From: the human T2T-CHM13v2.0 reference genome, Homo sapiens
Assembly (NCBI RefSeq): GCF_009914755.1
Contig: NC_060932.1
Direction: 5' to 3' (one strand)
DNA length: 64,000 nt
In this document: piece by piece, positions 31,555 through 45,814 of the stretch
Numbering within the stretch: the stretch's first letter is position 1
How the letters are laid out: the number at the start of each line of letters is the position of its first letter
Made by a program: the position numbers and the translations under genes
Notes under the pieces: model-generated
Databases searched by the model: none
What the model was told of the DNA's origin: nothing
What the model saw: only the letters and a program-made list of their open reading frames with translations

Positions 31555-32796
31555 TTTATATCTGATTGTAGAAACCCTCCATGTTTGTTCTACTTCAAGA
31601 CTGTCTTGGCTATTATTGGTCATTTGCATTGACATAAAAAATGAAAATAAAATCAGCAGCACTCAATCCAGTTTGGGGTTCACCTCATTTTTTTCTTTTC
31701 TCTAAGATTTTTGTCCCCAAATTTAAATTTTCTTGGTAGATTGTCTATGTACATACTCACACACACACACAAACACCCCCTGTATCCATTCATACACAGC
31801 CAACAAACTGTGCTTCCTGGCCCATGTGACTTTTGTAATCTCCTTACACATTGACTCTTGACCATGTGACTAATGCAGGCTCAGGCAGCATCAGCCAGCA
31901 ATGTCCACTCTGAGGCTTGGTCTCCAGGAATACTCACCTTTGGGATGCTTCCTCTCAGAACCCAGATGCCAGGCTGTGAGATGGTTACCATAGCCCCTGG
32001 AGAGGCTCTGTGGCAGACCTGACTGCCAGCTCTGGCTGAGGTCCCACCCAACAGCCAGCACTGACTTGCCAGGTACATGAGGAAGCCATCCTGAAAACAG
32101 ACCCCTCAGCCACCTTGAAGATCCCTCAGCTCTAGCCTTGTGGAGGGAGATGACCCACCCCTTCCTAGCCTTGCCTAAATTGCAGAATCATAAGAAAATG
32201 ATTATCTTTTTTCTGGGCCATTGATATTTGGGGTAGTTGGTTATGCAGTCAGGTATAGTTAAAATAGAAGTGGGTATCAGAAATGAGTTGCTGACATTAC
32301 AAAAATCAAAATCTTGGCAGCTTTAGGACTAGGTGGTGGGGGCTCAAAATAAAATAAAGAAATTGCAATAGGAGGTTGGACAAAAGGGTATCTAATCCAT
32401 GTGCTAGCATAGAACATAATGAAACTGTCATATATGTAATATGGACGAAAGAACATTATCGCCTAATCTTTTAGCTCTCACCTGGAGATTTTCAGGCAGA
32501 ATATGGAAAATGCCAAATGACTTTGTAAAATCTGCCTATGATAAAGTACAGGAAGAGTGAGGTGATAGAAAGAAGGAAATGATCAATATTCAAGCAGAAT
32601 TTGAAGAATGTACAGGAGCCAGAAATTGCTTGGTTTAAAAATAAAATTGTTTCTCCTAGTTTCTCCTAGTAAAAGATTTGCAATGTAAGAAACAGCCTCT
32701 AGGTGAACATCCACTCCAAGGAGCTGTCAATAAAGCATAGCTTCAAGGTTAAGATCAGTTCCAGTGTAGAACCATTAGACCTTTTGTTATGACCAC

Positions 32797-32910
32797 AAAA
32801 ACTTAGGGTGGAGCCTTTTCAACTTAGCTAGGCAAACAGACCCTAAGAATCTTAAAAACTTAGTGTGGAGCCTTTTAAACTTGGCTAGGCAAACAGACCC
32901 TAAGAATCAT
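32797..32910. repeat. 57-bp tandem duplication
   Basis: aaaaacttag(g/t)gtggagcctttt(c/a)aactt(a/g)gctaggcaaacagaccctaagaatc x2. Confidence 0.92.
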
Positions 32911-34068
32911 AAGAATACAGCTCATAAAACTTCTCAACTAGATGGAAGTGCTTCTAAGACTCTTTATGACATTTTCCCATAGACTGTAGGCTGAGTACAA
33001 GGCAGGGAGAGAAATGAAGGCATTCTTTAGGAGGAGGCTTTTGTCTAATGAAGTAAACCCCAATTAGAGTCATAGAAAACCCACAGAGATTTTAAGAAAT
33101 TTGTATTGATGGAAAAGGAAAAAGAAACAGAGAAATTTAAAATATGAAAGGATACCTCAGAGCCTTCAATATTTTACATGCAAGAAGCAGGTTGAGAAAG
33201 CTACTCAGCTATAAACATGAAACATTACTTATGCAAAGGCTATAAGGACTCAGAGGATAGAGTCAAGAGCCCAGAGCCATGGAGAACCACTTTCAAGCAC
33301 AGAACTTGGCTCCAAGCAAGGATCTAGTGTCTCTAGAGAGCTGCTGTTGATGAAAGACCACCATGTGCCTTTCATTTTCCGATTTGATTGTTTTCCTCTC
33401 CTTGCTTCACTTTGATAGTGGATGTGTTGGGGAAGCTGCAGATAACTTTTGTCTTTGGTTTGCAGGACTTCTGAATGAGAGCAGGTGTACCTCAGGAAAC
33501 TTACGAGCATCTGAACCTGATTGACATGATGATATCCTGGACTTCAAGCCTGAACAGGATGCCATTATGAGATGAGATTTTTGAGGGTTTCTGGGCTAAA
33601 AGTGATTGTTATCTTTGTAAGTGGGAAAGGGCTGAATCATTGGGAACTAGAAGGGGGACTGTGGCCAACTGTTATTTTGGTTGCAATGTGCCACACCTTC
33701 TGGTATTCATATCCTTGTGTGGTCTCCTCCAACATTGAGGGCAAACGTGACCATTTGACTAGATATGGCCAATGTGACATTTGTCTTGCGAGTGGAGGTT
33801 TCATAAGGACATATTCTTTGGGGTATGTTCTGTTGAAATGATTGTTTTTGGAACACTCCCTTTGAGAACCCAGGCATGGTATTGTGGAAAGCCCAACAGC
33901 CACATGGAAAGGTATTATCAAACACAGACAATGTCCTGAAAGACAACCCCAGCTAAGCTCCCAGCTAGAAGTCAATAGCAATTTGCCATCCATGAGACAA
34001 AGCCATCTTGAAGTGTGTCTTCCAGCCCTAGTTGATTCACCCCAGCAGATGCCATGGAGCAGGGACCA

Positions 34069-34532
34069 TGTATTACTCTCCTTTTGCTGCTATAACGAAT
34101 TGCCACACATCGAGCAAATTAAAACCCATTTATTATCTCACAGTTTGCCTGGGTCAGAAATTGAGGTACAGCATGGCTCAGCTAGATTTCTGCCTAGAAT
34201 CTCAAAAGGTTAAAAAACAAGAATTGATTGTGTTTCTTGCTGAGGGCTCTGAGAAAGATCCACTTGCCCGGACATGTAGACATACCATTGGCAGAATTCA
34301 GTTCCCTCTCCCATGGCCTGCTCCATCTTTAAGCTAGCAAAAAGATGGGCTTTGAACTTTTCACACCACCCCTTCTGCTGTTAAGAGCTCATGTACCTAC
34401 ACTGGGCCCACTCAAATCTCCCTAGCCTGATGTCATATTTCATAACAGAATCACTGAACTTATATTGCACCAAATGCTCAGGTTCTGGGATCAGAAGGGG
34501 GCATTTTGGTGGTCATTATTCTGCCTACCACA
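34069..34532 (-). mobile_element. MLT1E-like LTR nested in the 3' LTR above
   Basis: tgtatt...ttgctgctataacgaattgccac...ttattctgcctaccaca. Confidence 0.7.
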
Positions 34533-36124
34533 GGTGAATTTTCCCCCTTCGGCTCTGCCCCAATTTCAGAATCTCAAGAAAATAAATTATTTTGGTTAGA
34601 TTAAACCTCGAAATGTTGGGGTGGTTCATTATACAGTCATAGAATGTGTCTATAAATGTGTGTCTGTATGCATGTGTGTGTATAAAATGCATATATTGGG
34701 GTAGTTTATGACATGTCCATAGAATTATAATGCATAATGAAATGTTACATACGTATATATATTTCATAGATCATATATAATTGGTAGATAATTTAACTAG
34801 CTCTTATAGTGATTCCTGGAAGAAGCGTTTACCTAATAGTTTTTTTGGTTCTGTCATAATCAGAGGTTAAAATGTAATTGAAGAGCAATTTCCCATAGTG
34901 AAAGTCATAGATGAACAACGTGGTTGAGGCATTGTGAGTAATTGGACTCCATGCCCCACTAATCTAGTCCATTGAGTGTAGGCAGGTTTGGCTAAATCAT
35001 TCAGCACCACATTACTGTGATCATGCTTTTGCTGATAAAACAAGGATTGCAATTGTTCTCAGGTGCTTATGTGGCTGATGGATAAAAATCCTTGAATTCA
35101 TTAAATTGAAAATTGTGTAAATGTATGTTATATACCTTGTTTCTTATTTCCTATAATGGAAGGTGTGCCTAAGAGAATATATGCAGATGATATTACACAT
35201 AAATCGTATTTTTTAGATCATTGTACTCTTTTCAGATTGACATATTTACTTTCTAGAAGTATTGTCAGGAACAAAGCAGTTCATATATGTTCCAGTTAAA
35301 TGATCTTTTCTGCACCCTCTGTAATGTTCCCAGTACAACATAGTGAGGATTCTTTGATGTACCTCAAATTATTTAGAAATGTGTCACAAGTAATTTAAGA
35401 CTAATACTTGCTAAAATGCTGATGTTTGCAAACGAGATACTTTATAAATAGAGTAATTCAAGGTTATCTCTATAAAATTCTTCTTGATTGCATTTTGATA
35501 TCTTCTCAAGATTGTATGCTGAAAACTTTCTATCTCTGCTCCAAACTCATGCACTCTCTGCCTTTTCCACCATGCCCTAAACTCATGGGTGCTGATCAGA
35601 ATAGGTCGTTTCAATAGACTGCATGCCCTCTGCTTCCGGGATAGATTTAGCTATTAGGGAGTGCTAGCAAGAGATGAGAGGGAGGGCAGGTGGTCAAATC
35701 AGGGTGCTCACTCTTTTCACTCTCCCTGAAGGATCTCTGCAAGTTGGCTGTGTTCCTTGACTAACGATCACAACTACCCTCCTCTGTGTTGCAATAACTG
35801 CACCTCCACCAGCCCTGTGCGGCTTGGGTTGCCACGACTCACCATTGCCAGTAGCTCCAGGATATGGACTTTCCCTCGTGGACTCTTGACATCCTGCCCA
35901 CAGGGTGAAGTAGTTTCTTTTATAAAGTGTTCTGATGTAAAATCTTCATAAATACATGTATGTCATCTCTTTCCATCCTCTTTAATTCATAAAAGATAGG
36001 ATTGTTTATCTTCCGGCATATTTTGTTTAAAAATCTGAGTTAACTCATGGGATTGGAGTCTAAACTTGACTTCATTTGTCATGTGCTTTGTAAGAGGGAA
36101 AAATATTGCCAAACAGTGGTCTAA

Positions 36125-36349
<225 letters not shown>

Positions 36350-36879
36350 GTTCAAACTCTGAATTAAGTCCTATAAGTCCCTTCAGAAGTAATAAGAACT
36401 TATAATAATGCCATTAATCCATGATAAGAGATAGTGAATCCTAGAATTCCTGAGTGTCTACACTGGAAGGAGACTTTGAGTTCATCTGATTTCACCCCTT
36501 CTTTTTTTATGTGGAAAACGAAAGATCCAGAAAGTGGAAATCATGTCCCAATATTATAGTGTGAGGAGTGGGCCCGGGTGCTACCAGTGGGAGGTTACGC
36601 GTCGAGGGGAGACAATTGTGAACTGAGAATCTGGAGTTTTGGTTCCTACCAACAAGTGAACCCCAAACACGGAATATATGCCAGGACCTGTTCTAGAAGT
36701 GAACAGGGCAAACATCGCCCCTGCCCTCACGCAACTTCCATTCTTATGGAGAAATAGTTAAAAGCTAGCTAAATAATTATAATTTTTCATTATTCCTATG
36801 ACTGAGACAAATAATAGGGAAATCTACCTTAGGAAGCATCCAGGGAAGTCCTTTCTGCAGCAGTGATACTTAAGTATGT

Positions 36880-37460
36880 ACTTAGGTGACCCATTAATTT
36901 AACCCCCCAAATGTACTCATCAAGTACTTACTGTGTACCAAGTACTTTTCTGGGATTTAATGATGAGTAAAACCTGGCATTGTATTTTAGTAGAAGAAAG
37001 AGACAATCAGTTTTAAAAATTGAAGACTAAAATGATAAGGGTTACGATGGTGATGGTCAAGGTTCATTGGAAATCTATGAAAGGTGTTTAGTGCAATTAG
37101 ATCAGGGAAGATTTCCCCCAAAAAGTGATGCTCACAGCTGGGTATCAATCAATCGAAAGACATTTCCATTGACATTGAAAGGGGTAGAAATAACATTGAT
37201 TGAATTCATATCATTGATTTAAGTGAAATCATAGCGTTTCAATTGAAAGGGATAGAAATAGCATTCATTTCCGATCCCCCAAGTAAACAAAGCCAAAAGT
37301 GCATAGGCGAGCCAAGGCCCCGCAGGGGGCAGCAGAGAGCACTGGGAGGGTCCAGGATCTAAAGGCCAAGGTGTGAGGAAAAGCCTGGTGTGTGAAGGGA
37401 GTCTGGAGAGGGCTAGGGAGCCAGACCGCAGGGCTCTCCAGGTCTTGGTAAGAATTCTAG
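36880..37460 (+). mobile_element. L2 fragments (L2 consensus antisense; shown as read)
   Basis: caagtacttactgtgtaccaagtac; gatcagggaagatttccc; strand assignment uncertain. Confidence 0.5.
37316..37334 (+). promoter_or_regulatory. Predicted CTCF binding site
   Basis: ggccccgcagggggcagca; one deviation from the core consensus. Confidence 0.5.
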
Positions 37461-37466
37461 CCGTTA

Positions 37467-37777
37467 GGCCAGGCGCGGTGGCTCACGCCTATAATCCCAG
37501 CACTTTGGGATTATAGGCATGATGCCAGCTTAGGTGGGCGGGTCGCTTGAGCTCAGGAATTCAAGACCAGCCTCCGTAACATGGTGAAACCCTGCCTCTG
37601 CAAAAAGTACTAAAATTAGCCAGGCATGGTTGTGCACACCTGAAATCTCAGCTACTCGGGAGGCTGAGATGGGAGGATCCCTTGAGCCCAGGAGGTAGAG
37701 GCCACAGTGAGCCAAGATTGCACCACTGTACTCCAGCCTGGGCAACAGAGCGAGACCCTGTCTCAAGAGAAAAAAGA
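37467..37777 (+). mobile_element. AluJ with internal fold-back insertion
   Basis: gggaggatcccttgagcccaggagg and gagaccctgtctc J-type features. Confidence 0.9.
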
Positions 37778-37781
37778 AGGA

Positions 37782-38149
37782 TTCCATTCTCAGGCTGCTA
37801 ATAAGAACATACACAAGAATGGGTGGTTTATAAAGGAAAGAGGTTTAATTGGCTCACAGTTCCACATAGCTAGGGAGGCCTCAGGAAACTTATAATCATA
37901 GCAGAAAGAGAAGGGGAAGGAAGGCAACTTCTTCACAAGGCAGCAGGATGGAGAAGTGCCAATAAAAGTGGAGGAAAGCCTCTTATAAAACCATCAGATC
38001 TTGTAAGAACTCACTATCATGAGAACAGCACGGGGGAACTGCTCCCATGATTAAATTACCTCCCACTGGGTTCCTCTAATGACACGTGGGGATTACGGGA
38101 GCTACAATTCAAGATGAGATTTGGGTAGGGACAGAGCCAAACCAGATCA
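37782..38149 (-). mobile_element. THE1C/D-like MaLR LTR
   Basis: gaggtttaattggctcacagttccac...gagatttgggtagggacagagccaaaccagatca. Confidence 0.88.
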
Positions 38150-38190
38150 CTGTTATCTATGAGCACTGGGAGGCCACTGAAGAACCTTAA

Positions 38191-38470
38191 GTGTGTGTGT
38201 GTGTTTTTGTATATATGTGTGTGTATTCACATGCATTTTTATACATGTGTGTATATTTGCATGTATTTGTATATGTGTGCATTTGTATGCATGAGTGTAT
38301 TTGTATGTTGTGTACTTGTGTGCGTGTTTGAGTGTGTATGTATGGGTGTATTTGTATATATGTGTGTATTTTATGTGTTTGTATATATGTGTATATCTGT
38401 ATGTGTGCATTTACATATGTGTATATATACATGTGTGTATTTATTTGTGTATGTATTTATATGTGTGTGT
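38191..38470. repeat. Degenerate (TG/TA)n low-complexity tract
   Basis: Alternating purine-pyrimidine tgtgtatat pattern over about 280 bp. Confidence 0.92.
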
Positions 38471-38769
38471 GCGGCCAGACACAAAGATTCCTCTGCTTAT
38501 AGCATGGGTGAAAAGAAGAAAATCATGTAAGGAGTTAGGAAAAAGCTGAGTACATGGTCAGAATGTCATGTGCAAAGGCTCTGATATCAGCAGAGCTTTA
38601 CACTTTTCTTTGAGCATCTGAAAGAAGACCAATGTTTTGGAGCATCATGATTGAGGTAAAGAGTTGCGAAATGAGGTTAGGATTAGGCACGGACCAGACC
38701 ATGCTGACATCAAGGGCCATGAGAAGAAGCCCTTCCGTTTATCTCCTGGGTGTGGGTGTCCTGGGAGGC

Positions 38770-38960
38770 ACTGATGCCTTCTCATGTTCATCACTTACTA
38801 GCTGTGTGACCATGGACAAGTCCCTGGTCCTCTCAGAGCCTCAGTATCCTTATCTGTCAAATTGAGCAAATACAGTCACCATTGCAGGACTGCCCAGGAA
38901 GAGTAAGTGAGGTGCAACACACATAACTTGCTTGGTGCCACTATCATGATTTGATATGAG
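38770..38960 (+). mobile_element. MIR
   Basis: cacttactagctgtgtgaccatggacaagt...ctcagagcctcagt. Confidence 0.8.
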
Positions 38961-39019
38961 GCAAATAAATGTCCATACTTCAGTTTTCCCATCAATAAAA
39001 TGTTGATGTTGACCTGGGT

Positions 39020-39200
39020 CAGTGACTATGGAACTGTGCATGTATCAGAATTACCCAGGAGCATGATATAAATACAGACCCCCATCTCCCACCTCCAGGT
39101 CAAAGCTAAGTCCGCTGACCTGGAATTCACAGGGGCAGAGCCTGGGAGCTTCCATTTTCAAAAAGCACACCGAAATGACTGATGTTTGGAAGCTATTGTA
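39020..39200. mobile_element. MER5A/B-like DNA transposon relic
   Basis: atcagaattacccagga...gggcagagcctgggagcttccattttcaaaaagc. Confidence 0.6.
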
Positions 39201-41560
39201 CCAGACACCCTCAAAAGGCCCCATAGACACCAAACATTCCGTGAGTTAATGCTCCTAACTCTGGCTCTATAGCTTGCTTTGTGTGTGACCCTCTGGAGGT
39301 CACCTCTGCTGCCAATTTATCCACTCCAGGCCTCCAGCAGAGCCTCTGCAGATAACATTGGGTGACTTCTCTCCCTGTCTCCGTTTCATAATCCAATTAT
39401 CACAGCAACCAGATGTGACAGGCTCCCTCTCAAACCCATTTAAACATCTCCAAGGGCACCATTCAGGACCCAAGCCTTTTATCATTTGCCAGGCCCCAGC
39501 CCTAGAAGCCTGGAAGAACTCCTTATGCTAATTAGCAATGAAATGTCCTTCTGCCAGGAGAATCTGATTATCGGGTCCCGAGGCAGCTGTGGACTGTCAC
39601 GGTCCCATCCACCTGGGGAGAGCATATCATGGGGTTCAGCCTCCTGGAACAGGATGCCCACTTTCTACAAAAGCCCCATTTCCAGGCATTTTGTGTGTCT
39701 GTACTTCTCTCTGTATTTTTGGATATGTGATGGATGTAAGCTCATCTTTCCACAGGAAAATAAATGCACATTTGCAAATGGATTTACCCCAGCGTCCAGA
39801 GCTCACAAGCTACTTCAAGTGTGTTGGTGCATCCCAGTCCCACGGTGCGTCTTCTGGGGCACATGATTCTGTCCACACCCAGTCACACACCATGCACAGC
39901 TTACTGTGTTTCCTTCCAGATCTATTCCTACAGTGTGCTTTTCTCTCTAGATACATGAGAAGATACCATGCATGTTGTTCCTCATTTGAACAAATGGATA
40001 AATACAGAAACAGAGCCCAGAGTTTGAGATGGAAAATCTGAGCTCGTATTCTAGCTCTACTTACTATGGAGACTTGGAAATTGGAAATATTACTCACTGA
40101 GATTACGTACCCTCATGGATAACCTGGGAGAATTTGACAATATACCAGAGAGTGCCTTCCCTTAAAAGTAAGCTTAATGTATGGGAAAGCTCTGTGTCCT
40201 CGTGCAACATATAGTAACTGCTGTAATGATGCTGGTGGGATAACGGCAGCTGACATTTGCTGAGTACATACTATATCCCCAACATTGCGCCACTGGCTGG
40301 AAATGCATTAATGTCATTGCAAAATAACTCTAGAAGGTAGGTAAAAACTCGTTTTGTTGGAAAACCTGACCAGAAATAGTATGACACTATTTACAGTTTT
40401 CATTTACTTTGTTCTTATGAATATTCATGCATCCCTGCAAAAACAGTAATGATTTTAATTACAGAGTACTGCCCATAACCCTTTTAGGGCATTTCACAAT
40501 ATTAGAAACAGGCATTGTATTATATTAAACTTCTAGAATTTGAAAATATTCCAAATTCTGAAACATTTCTGGGCATATGGTTTTGGATAAGGGATTTTGG
40601 TCTGCATATATTATACTTCTTTTAAAGATGATAAACCTGAGACTAAGAATGGTTTAAGTATTTTCCCAAGATCAGTAGTTAAGTATGTGGGCTGGGATTT
40701 GAACCAAAACTTTCTGATACCATAGACCATTCTGTTTCTACCAGAATATGCATGCTAAAACTGACCTTAAAAGATGAAGGAAAACTTGGACAAAGTGACC
40801 CCTAAATGTTCTTTAAGTGACCCCTAAATGTTCAGCATTAAGGCTGAGGTCTATGGATCTCAAGCTAAAACAGCCCCTATTTATAATATATTTTTCTAAT
40901 GCAGTCATGCTTCATATTTTATTAAACAAACTTATCACTCTATTTGGAATCCAGGAACAAGTAATCTTTATATTTTTATAATATACTGTGAGTGAGGTAT
41001 CTGTCAGGGCCAGCATTGTATCCAGGAAACAGAATTACATTTAGATGGTTCATCTGAAAAGTCTACAAGAAAGGAAATACAGAGGTAAGGGAAGAGACAC
41101 AGGAACTTGCAATCCTGTGATGTAGGTTCCGCCCCAGCTGTGAAGGGGCAGGGGGAGAACATAGAGTAATCGGATCCAAGAAAGAGCTGGAGCTGCACAG
41201 GAGAGGCCCCCAGGAAGGAGCTATAGGGGACAGTGATAGCCTCTGCCCAGCTGTGCCACCAAAGTAGGGAATAAACAGCCCAAAACACCGCATCTGTCTT
41301 TGATCCTGTCTTCTGATCTCCCGCCAGTGCTGTCCAATGCCAAATCCAAACAAAAGTGAGACGCTAAAGAACCCAGAAGATTTTGTTCATTAGAGCTTAG
41401 CCTCACCGAGCATACAGCATGATAGCAAAAAGTCGACTGTGGAGCTGCAGGCACAGTAGATAGATAATAGCCAGTTCAAGTGAGGCCAAGCTCGCTCCTG
41501 AGCTGTGAGAGGGTATTGAATGTTGGTTGGGTTTGGGAGCTCTGTCCCTAGGATGCCTCA

Positions 41561-41936
41561 TGTATGTCAGCTCAGACTGCCATAACAGAATAGCATATAC
41601 TGGGTGGCTTAAATAACAGAAATTTCTTCTGTCACATTTCTGGAGGCTGCAAGTCCAAGATCAAGATGCCAGCATAGTCAGGTTCTGTTGAGGGCCATCT
41701 TTCTGACTATCAGGGACCTGCCTTCTTACTCTGTCCTCACGTAGCAGAGGGAGAGAGAGTTCTGGTCTCTCTTTCCCTTCTTATAAAGACACTAATCTCA
41801 TCATGAAGGTCCCAACTGCATGACCTCATCTAAACCTAATTACCTTCCAAAGGCCCTACTTCCAAATGCCATCACATTAAAAGTTGTTAGGACTTCATGA
41901 TATAAATTTGGTGGGTACACAATTCAGTCCATAGCA
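41561..41936 (-). mobile_element. MLT1A0-like solo LTR
   Basis: ctgccataacagaatagcatatactgggtggctt...cacaattcagtccatagca. Confidence 0.85.
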
Positions 41937-42147
41937 CCTTGATTGAACTTGAAATTTCCTATGGCATTCACCAATTCAGTCATTTATTTGGAAACAATTT
42001 TGGGGCATTTGCAATTGCTTTAATCCTCCTTTTTTATCTCTTGCTCCTACATTTACAATGGATGCCACATATTTAACATAATTCAATCATAAATCATTTT
42101 ATAAATGATGCAACCAAGGCATATAACACTTATTGACTAAAGTTTTG

Positions 42148-42457
42148 GGCCAGATGTGATGGTTCATGCCTGTAATCCCAGCACTTTGTGAGGCAGAGGC
42201 AGGTGGATCACCTGAGGTTAGGAGTTCGAGACCAGCCTGGCCAACATGATGAGACCCCATCTCTACTAAAAATACAAAAATTAGCCAGGGGTAGTGGTGT
42301 GCACCTGTAGCCCCAGCTACTCAGGAGCTGAGGCAGGAGAATTGCTTGAAGCTGAGAGGTGGAGGCTGCGGTGAGCTGAGATTGCACCACTGCACTCCAG
42401 CCCAAGCAACAGTGCAGTGGCGAGTCTCTGTCTCAAAAATAAATAAATATATAAAAG
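42148..42457 (+). mobile_element. AluSx-like
   Basis: Full dimer. Confidence 0.93.
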
Positions 42458-45400
42458 ATTGGGAAAATTTCATTGGCCAGTACCGTTCTTGTGAAAGTAT
42501 ATTTTACTTATTCAAGAGAAATATTTATGAGCTTTCTGAGGGAGAAGTCAAACCACAAAAAAAGATTCCTAATTTAAGCCTTCCAAAGAAAGAACCCTCT
42601 GTAAGTCCCAGAACCCCTAGATTGAAGAGCGCCTGATGGGTCTGAGACCCTAAGTTGGAGAGCTATGCTGAAACAGAGTTGCAACCTTCTGCATAATGGT
42701 AGATTTGAAGATGGGAGTGGGGCTAGAACCTGGAAAGAAAGGGGAGCTCATAAGATTAGTGTCCGTGGGTAGCAGGTGGAATGGGAAACAAGGGGACAAT
42801 AAAGACAACAAATCAGTCCATGCAAACGCCTGGGTGAGAAGGAAGCCTGGGGAAGTTTGCCTTTTTTTTTTTGTAATTGTTTGCTATCTGCGGGAGTGAA
42901 ATGATGTGAACCCTCTTCCACCAAGAACACGGCTTCAGTACAGATGAATTATTTCAGGGAACCCTAAGAGAATGAGTTCTGCTTCCAAGTTAGCAGGGAG
43001 TAAAAACTAGTTTAGCACATGTCAAAAAGAGAGCAAAATGACACCTGCGTAGCCTCAATGTTATGGAAGAATAAGTGTATGTTGTCTAAGGCTACATTAC
43101 TTGACAGATAGAGCTTAAATTTGAATTCATATTTGTCTGACTTCAATGATGGAATTATTAACACTCTTCCGTAATGTTTCTAAGGTGATTGACATTGTGA
43201 TCATTGCTCTAAAGGGTAAAATAGGTATGTTACAAACAAATGCCTTTCTCAAAGACTCATATGGTAGCTGTCCCTTTTCTAATTGAACACCAAAGGTGAC
43301 AGAAAGCTCGCTGCCTCCCAAGGGACCAGTTAAAATTTTGATATCCCTTGGGATAGAACTTTATTCTATGAAATAAAAAGAAATATCACTTTTAATGCTA
43401 GAATCTCTTCATCTAAATTCAAAGTTTTGAGATAGCATCCAAGAAGTATTTCCCCCACATTATCTAAATGTCTTTTCAATTCTGAGTGGGAGAAGTCACA
43501 GCTATAATGACCCTTTTCTCCTCAAGGCTAAGCACCCACAATGTTGTGAATGAATATTTATATGACAACCCATGATTCTAGCTTCCTTCTTCAAAGGTTG
43601 CCTAGTCCAGTTAAAGACCAGCTCTAAAGAATGGATAAGCATATTTGAAATGAGTAGAACTTTTTTTAACCAACTTATAGGCACAGGATATTAATCAGCA
43701 ACAATTTGCATTCTACTGAGCCAAGGACATGTTGGGAGAGGCCTGAGAAAGAATTTGAGATGGCAGCTTATAGAGCAATGGAGTGAAAACCACCATCTGG
43801 TAAGCAGAAAAGATTGCACCTGAGAGGAGCCTGGAGAAAGCACTCTATCTGCACAGAGGAGCAAAAGGTTTGGTTCCCAATCAAGAGGGAAGACAAATTA
43901 GGTAGGAAAGTCTGTCTCTAGTAAGGATACCAGGTACCCTGTGGAAAAATGGCAGCACCCAGCACAGGGCTGGGATGTCCTGGGGACATTGTGGACATTG
44001 GTTGGCATGTCAGGCTGGGGGAGAATGACAACAGGCATCATCACCATCTTTCTCATTTCCTGGCTGTGGTCCCTCCACTGCCAAGGTCCAAGTCATCCTG
44101 AATCACTGTCAAAGCCTTGTCAGGTCCCCTGCCAAGGAACATAAGGAAAGTCTATGGTCAACAACTAAGTGGCAGACAGAAGAGAAACCAGTGACAGCAG
44201 TGGCTGTGGAAAATCCAGTGACAAATTTTTATGGGATTCAGTAGAAGAGCCAGCAGTTGCAACCTGGGGCTCTGGGACCGACTGCAAATGGGTCAATGCT
44301 CTACACAGGGAAGAAGCAGCTTGGGGTAATTGAAATGTCAGCTGTTAAGGACAGTGGGGCTGAGGGTGGCGATTCAATTACAGAAGGGAGTGAAAGTTCT
44401 AGATTTTTAAATATTCTTAGAAATGTGCATGTTTATTAATTTCGACTGTGAACACAGAAAACAAACTACACTAATGAAGGTGGGCACACTGTAGATAAAA
44501 CCTCAGGCAGTGATTTGAATGAACTTGGCCATATTGATTAATGTCTGCTTCTAATGTGTCTCAACTCTTCTTTGATATCATTAAAATTTTTTCTATCATA
44601 TAAGCAACGACAGAAATATAAAAAACCACAGTGTTATCTTTGAAAATGCACTATTTGAAAACAAATAAAAATGTAAAAGTGAACGGAAACAAAAAATATA
44701 AAATAAATTTATTTTTATTTATAAAAATAAATATTCTATCTCCCTGGAGAGGCTCAGTCACTTTTGTGAAAGTTTTTATTTTTCCCAAATTAATTTATAA
44801 CTTAAACACAGCTTTAACTCAATCTTAATGCGATGTTGTATTATGTGGCAAAGTGGCTGTAAAGGATATCCAAAAAAAATAAACATAGGAAAATATCCAA
44901 GACAGTTTCCTTTAAAAAGACCACAGGTGAAAGGCTTATTCTGTCTTATGGCACATTTACTGTAAACCTCAAACAATTTCAATCCCGTAGTGTCAATATA
45001 GGAGATAGAAAATGTGGTAGAAAAATGACAATCAATTATTTAAACTTTAATATATGGACGAGGAGTGGTTCACATTTCAAATTAAAATGATTATTTGTTA
45101 AATCATATTTTGAAATTTAGTTTAGTGAAAAATGAGATAAACACTCATCTAACATGGCATGAAAATTAATTGCAGAGAAAATAAAGCTTTGACTGTGAAG
45201 GGTATAGTAGTAGTAAAAAATATAGACCTATATAAAAGAGGGTTGAGTAAAATGTATAAGAATAAAATTGATGTCTAAAAATTACAAATAAAAAGATAGA
45301 CAGATTTAGTAAATAAAATATTGTTCATAAATATGTGTGTGCCCTAAGTGGTAATAAATAATCGCAGAGGTAGAACATTCGTCAGAAAAGTTTTAAACAA

Positions 45401-45814
45401 GAAAATGTCTCTGTTTTATATGCATAGTAATGGATGATGATGTATTAAGATAATGAATGATATTGAAGGACTGATAGAAAAATGGTCCTTCTGGTGTCTT
45501 AATTGATAGGTCAGGAAATAGACACATGGTAGATAAAATGTGCATTTCAATTGCATGTTTTGATTCTCCATTGTGTTTCATTATGAGAAGCTGATCTTAA
45601 AAAAAAATCTTCAATTAGTCAAACCAGAGATCAAAAGAGAATCACATAGTTACATGATGAAATACCTACCCCTAAGTCTAAAAGTTTAAAAAAGCACAAT
45701 TAATTTTTTAATTGTTCTTATCACCTGGAAAATCTAAGTCATAAAATATGTTTATTTTATATAATCAAATTTCACATTTTTGTAACTATGGTTTGACTAC
45801 TTTGTCAACAGTCT

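Larger units (their letters stand above)
31733..34645 (+). mobile_element. MLT1 (G/H-like) MaLR element: 5' LTR (~31733-32267), internal region (~32268-33659), 3' LTR (~33660-34645, interrupted)
   Basis: Two homologous LTR-like segments share cctt/ctcagaaccca..., gcc(t/c)aatt(g/t)cagaatc and ggggt(a/g)gtt ends; purine tract agaagggggac precedes tgtgg at 33660. Confidence 0.65.

Noticed and set aside
38153-38549. Val/Cys/Tyr-rich and His/Thr-rich ORFs
   Set aside because: Translation of a TG/TA simple repeat
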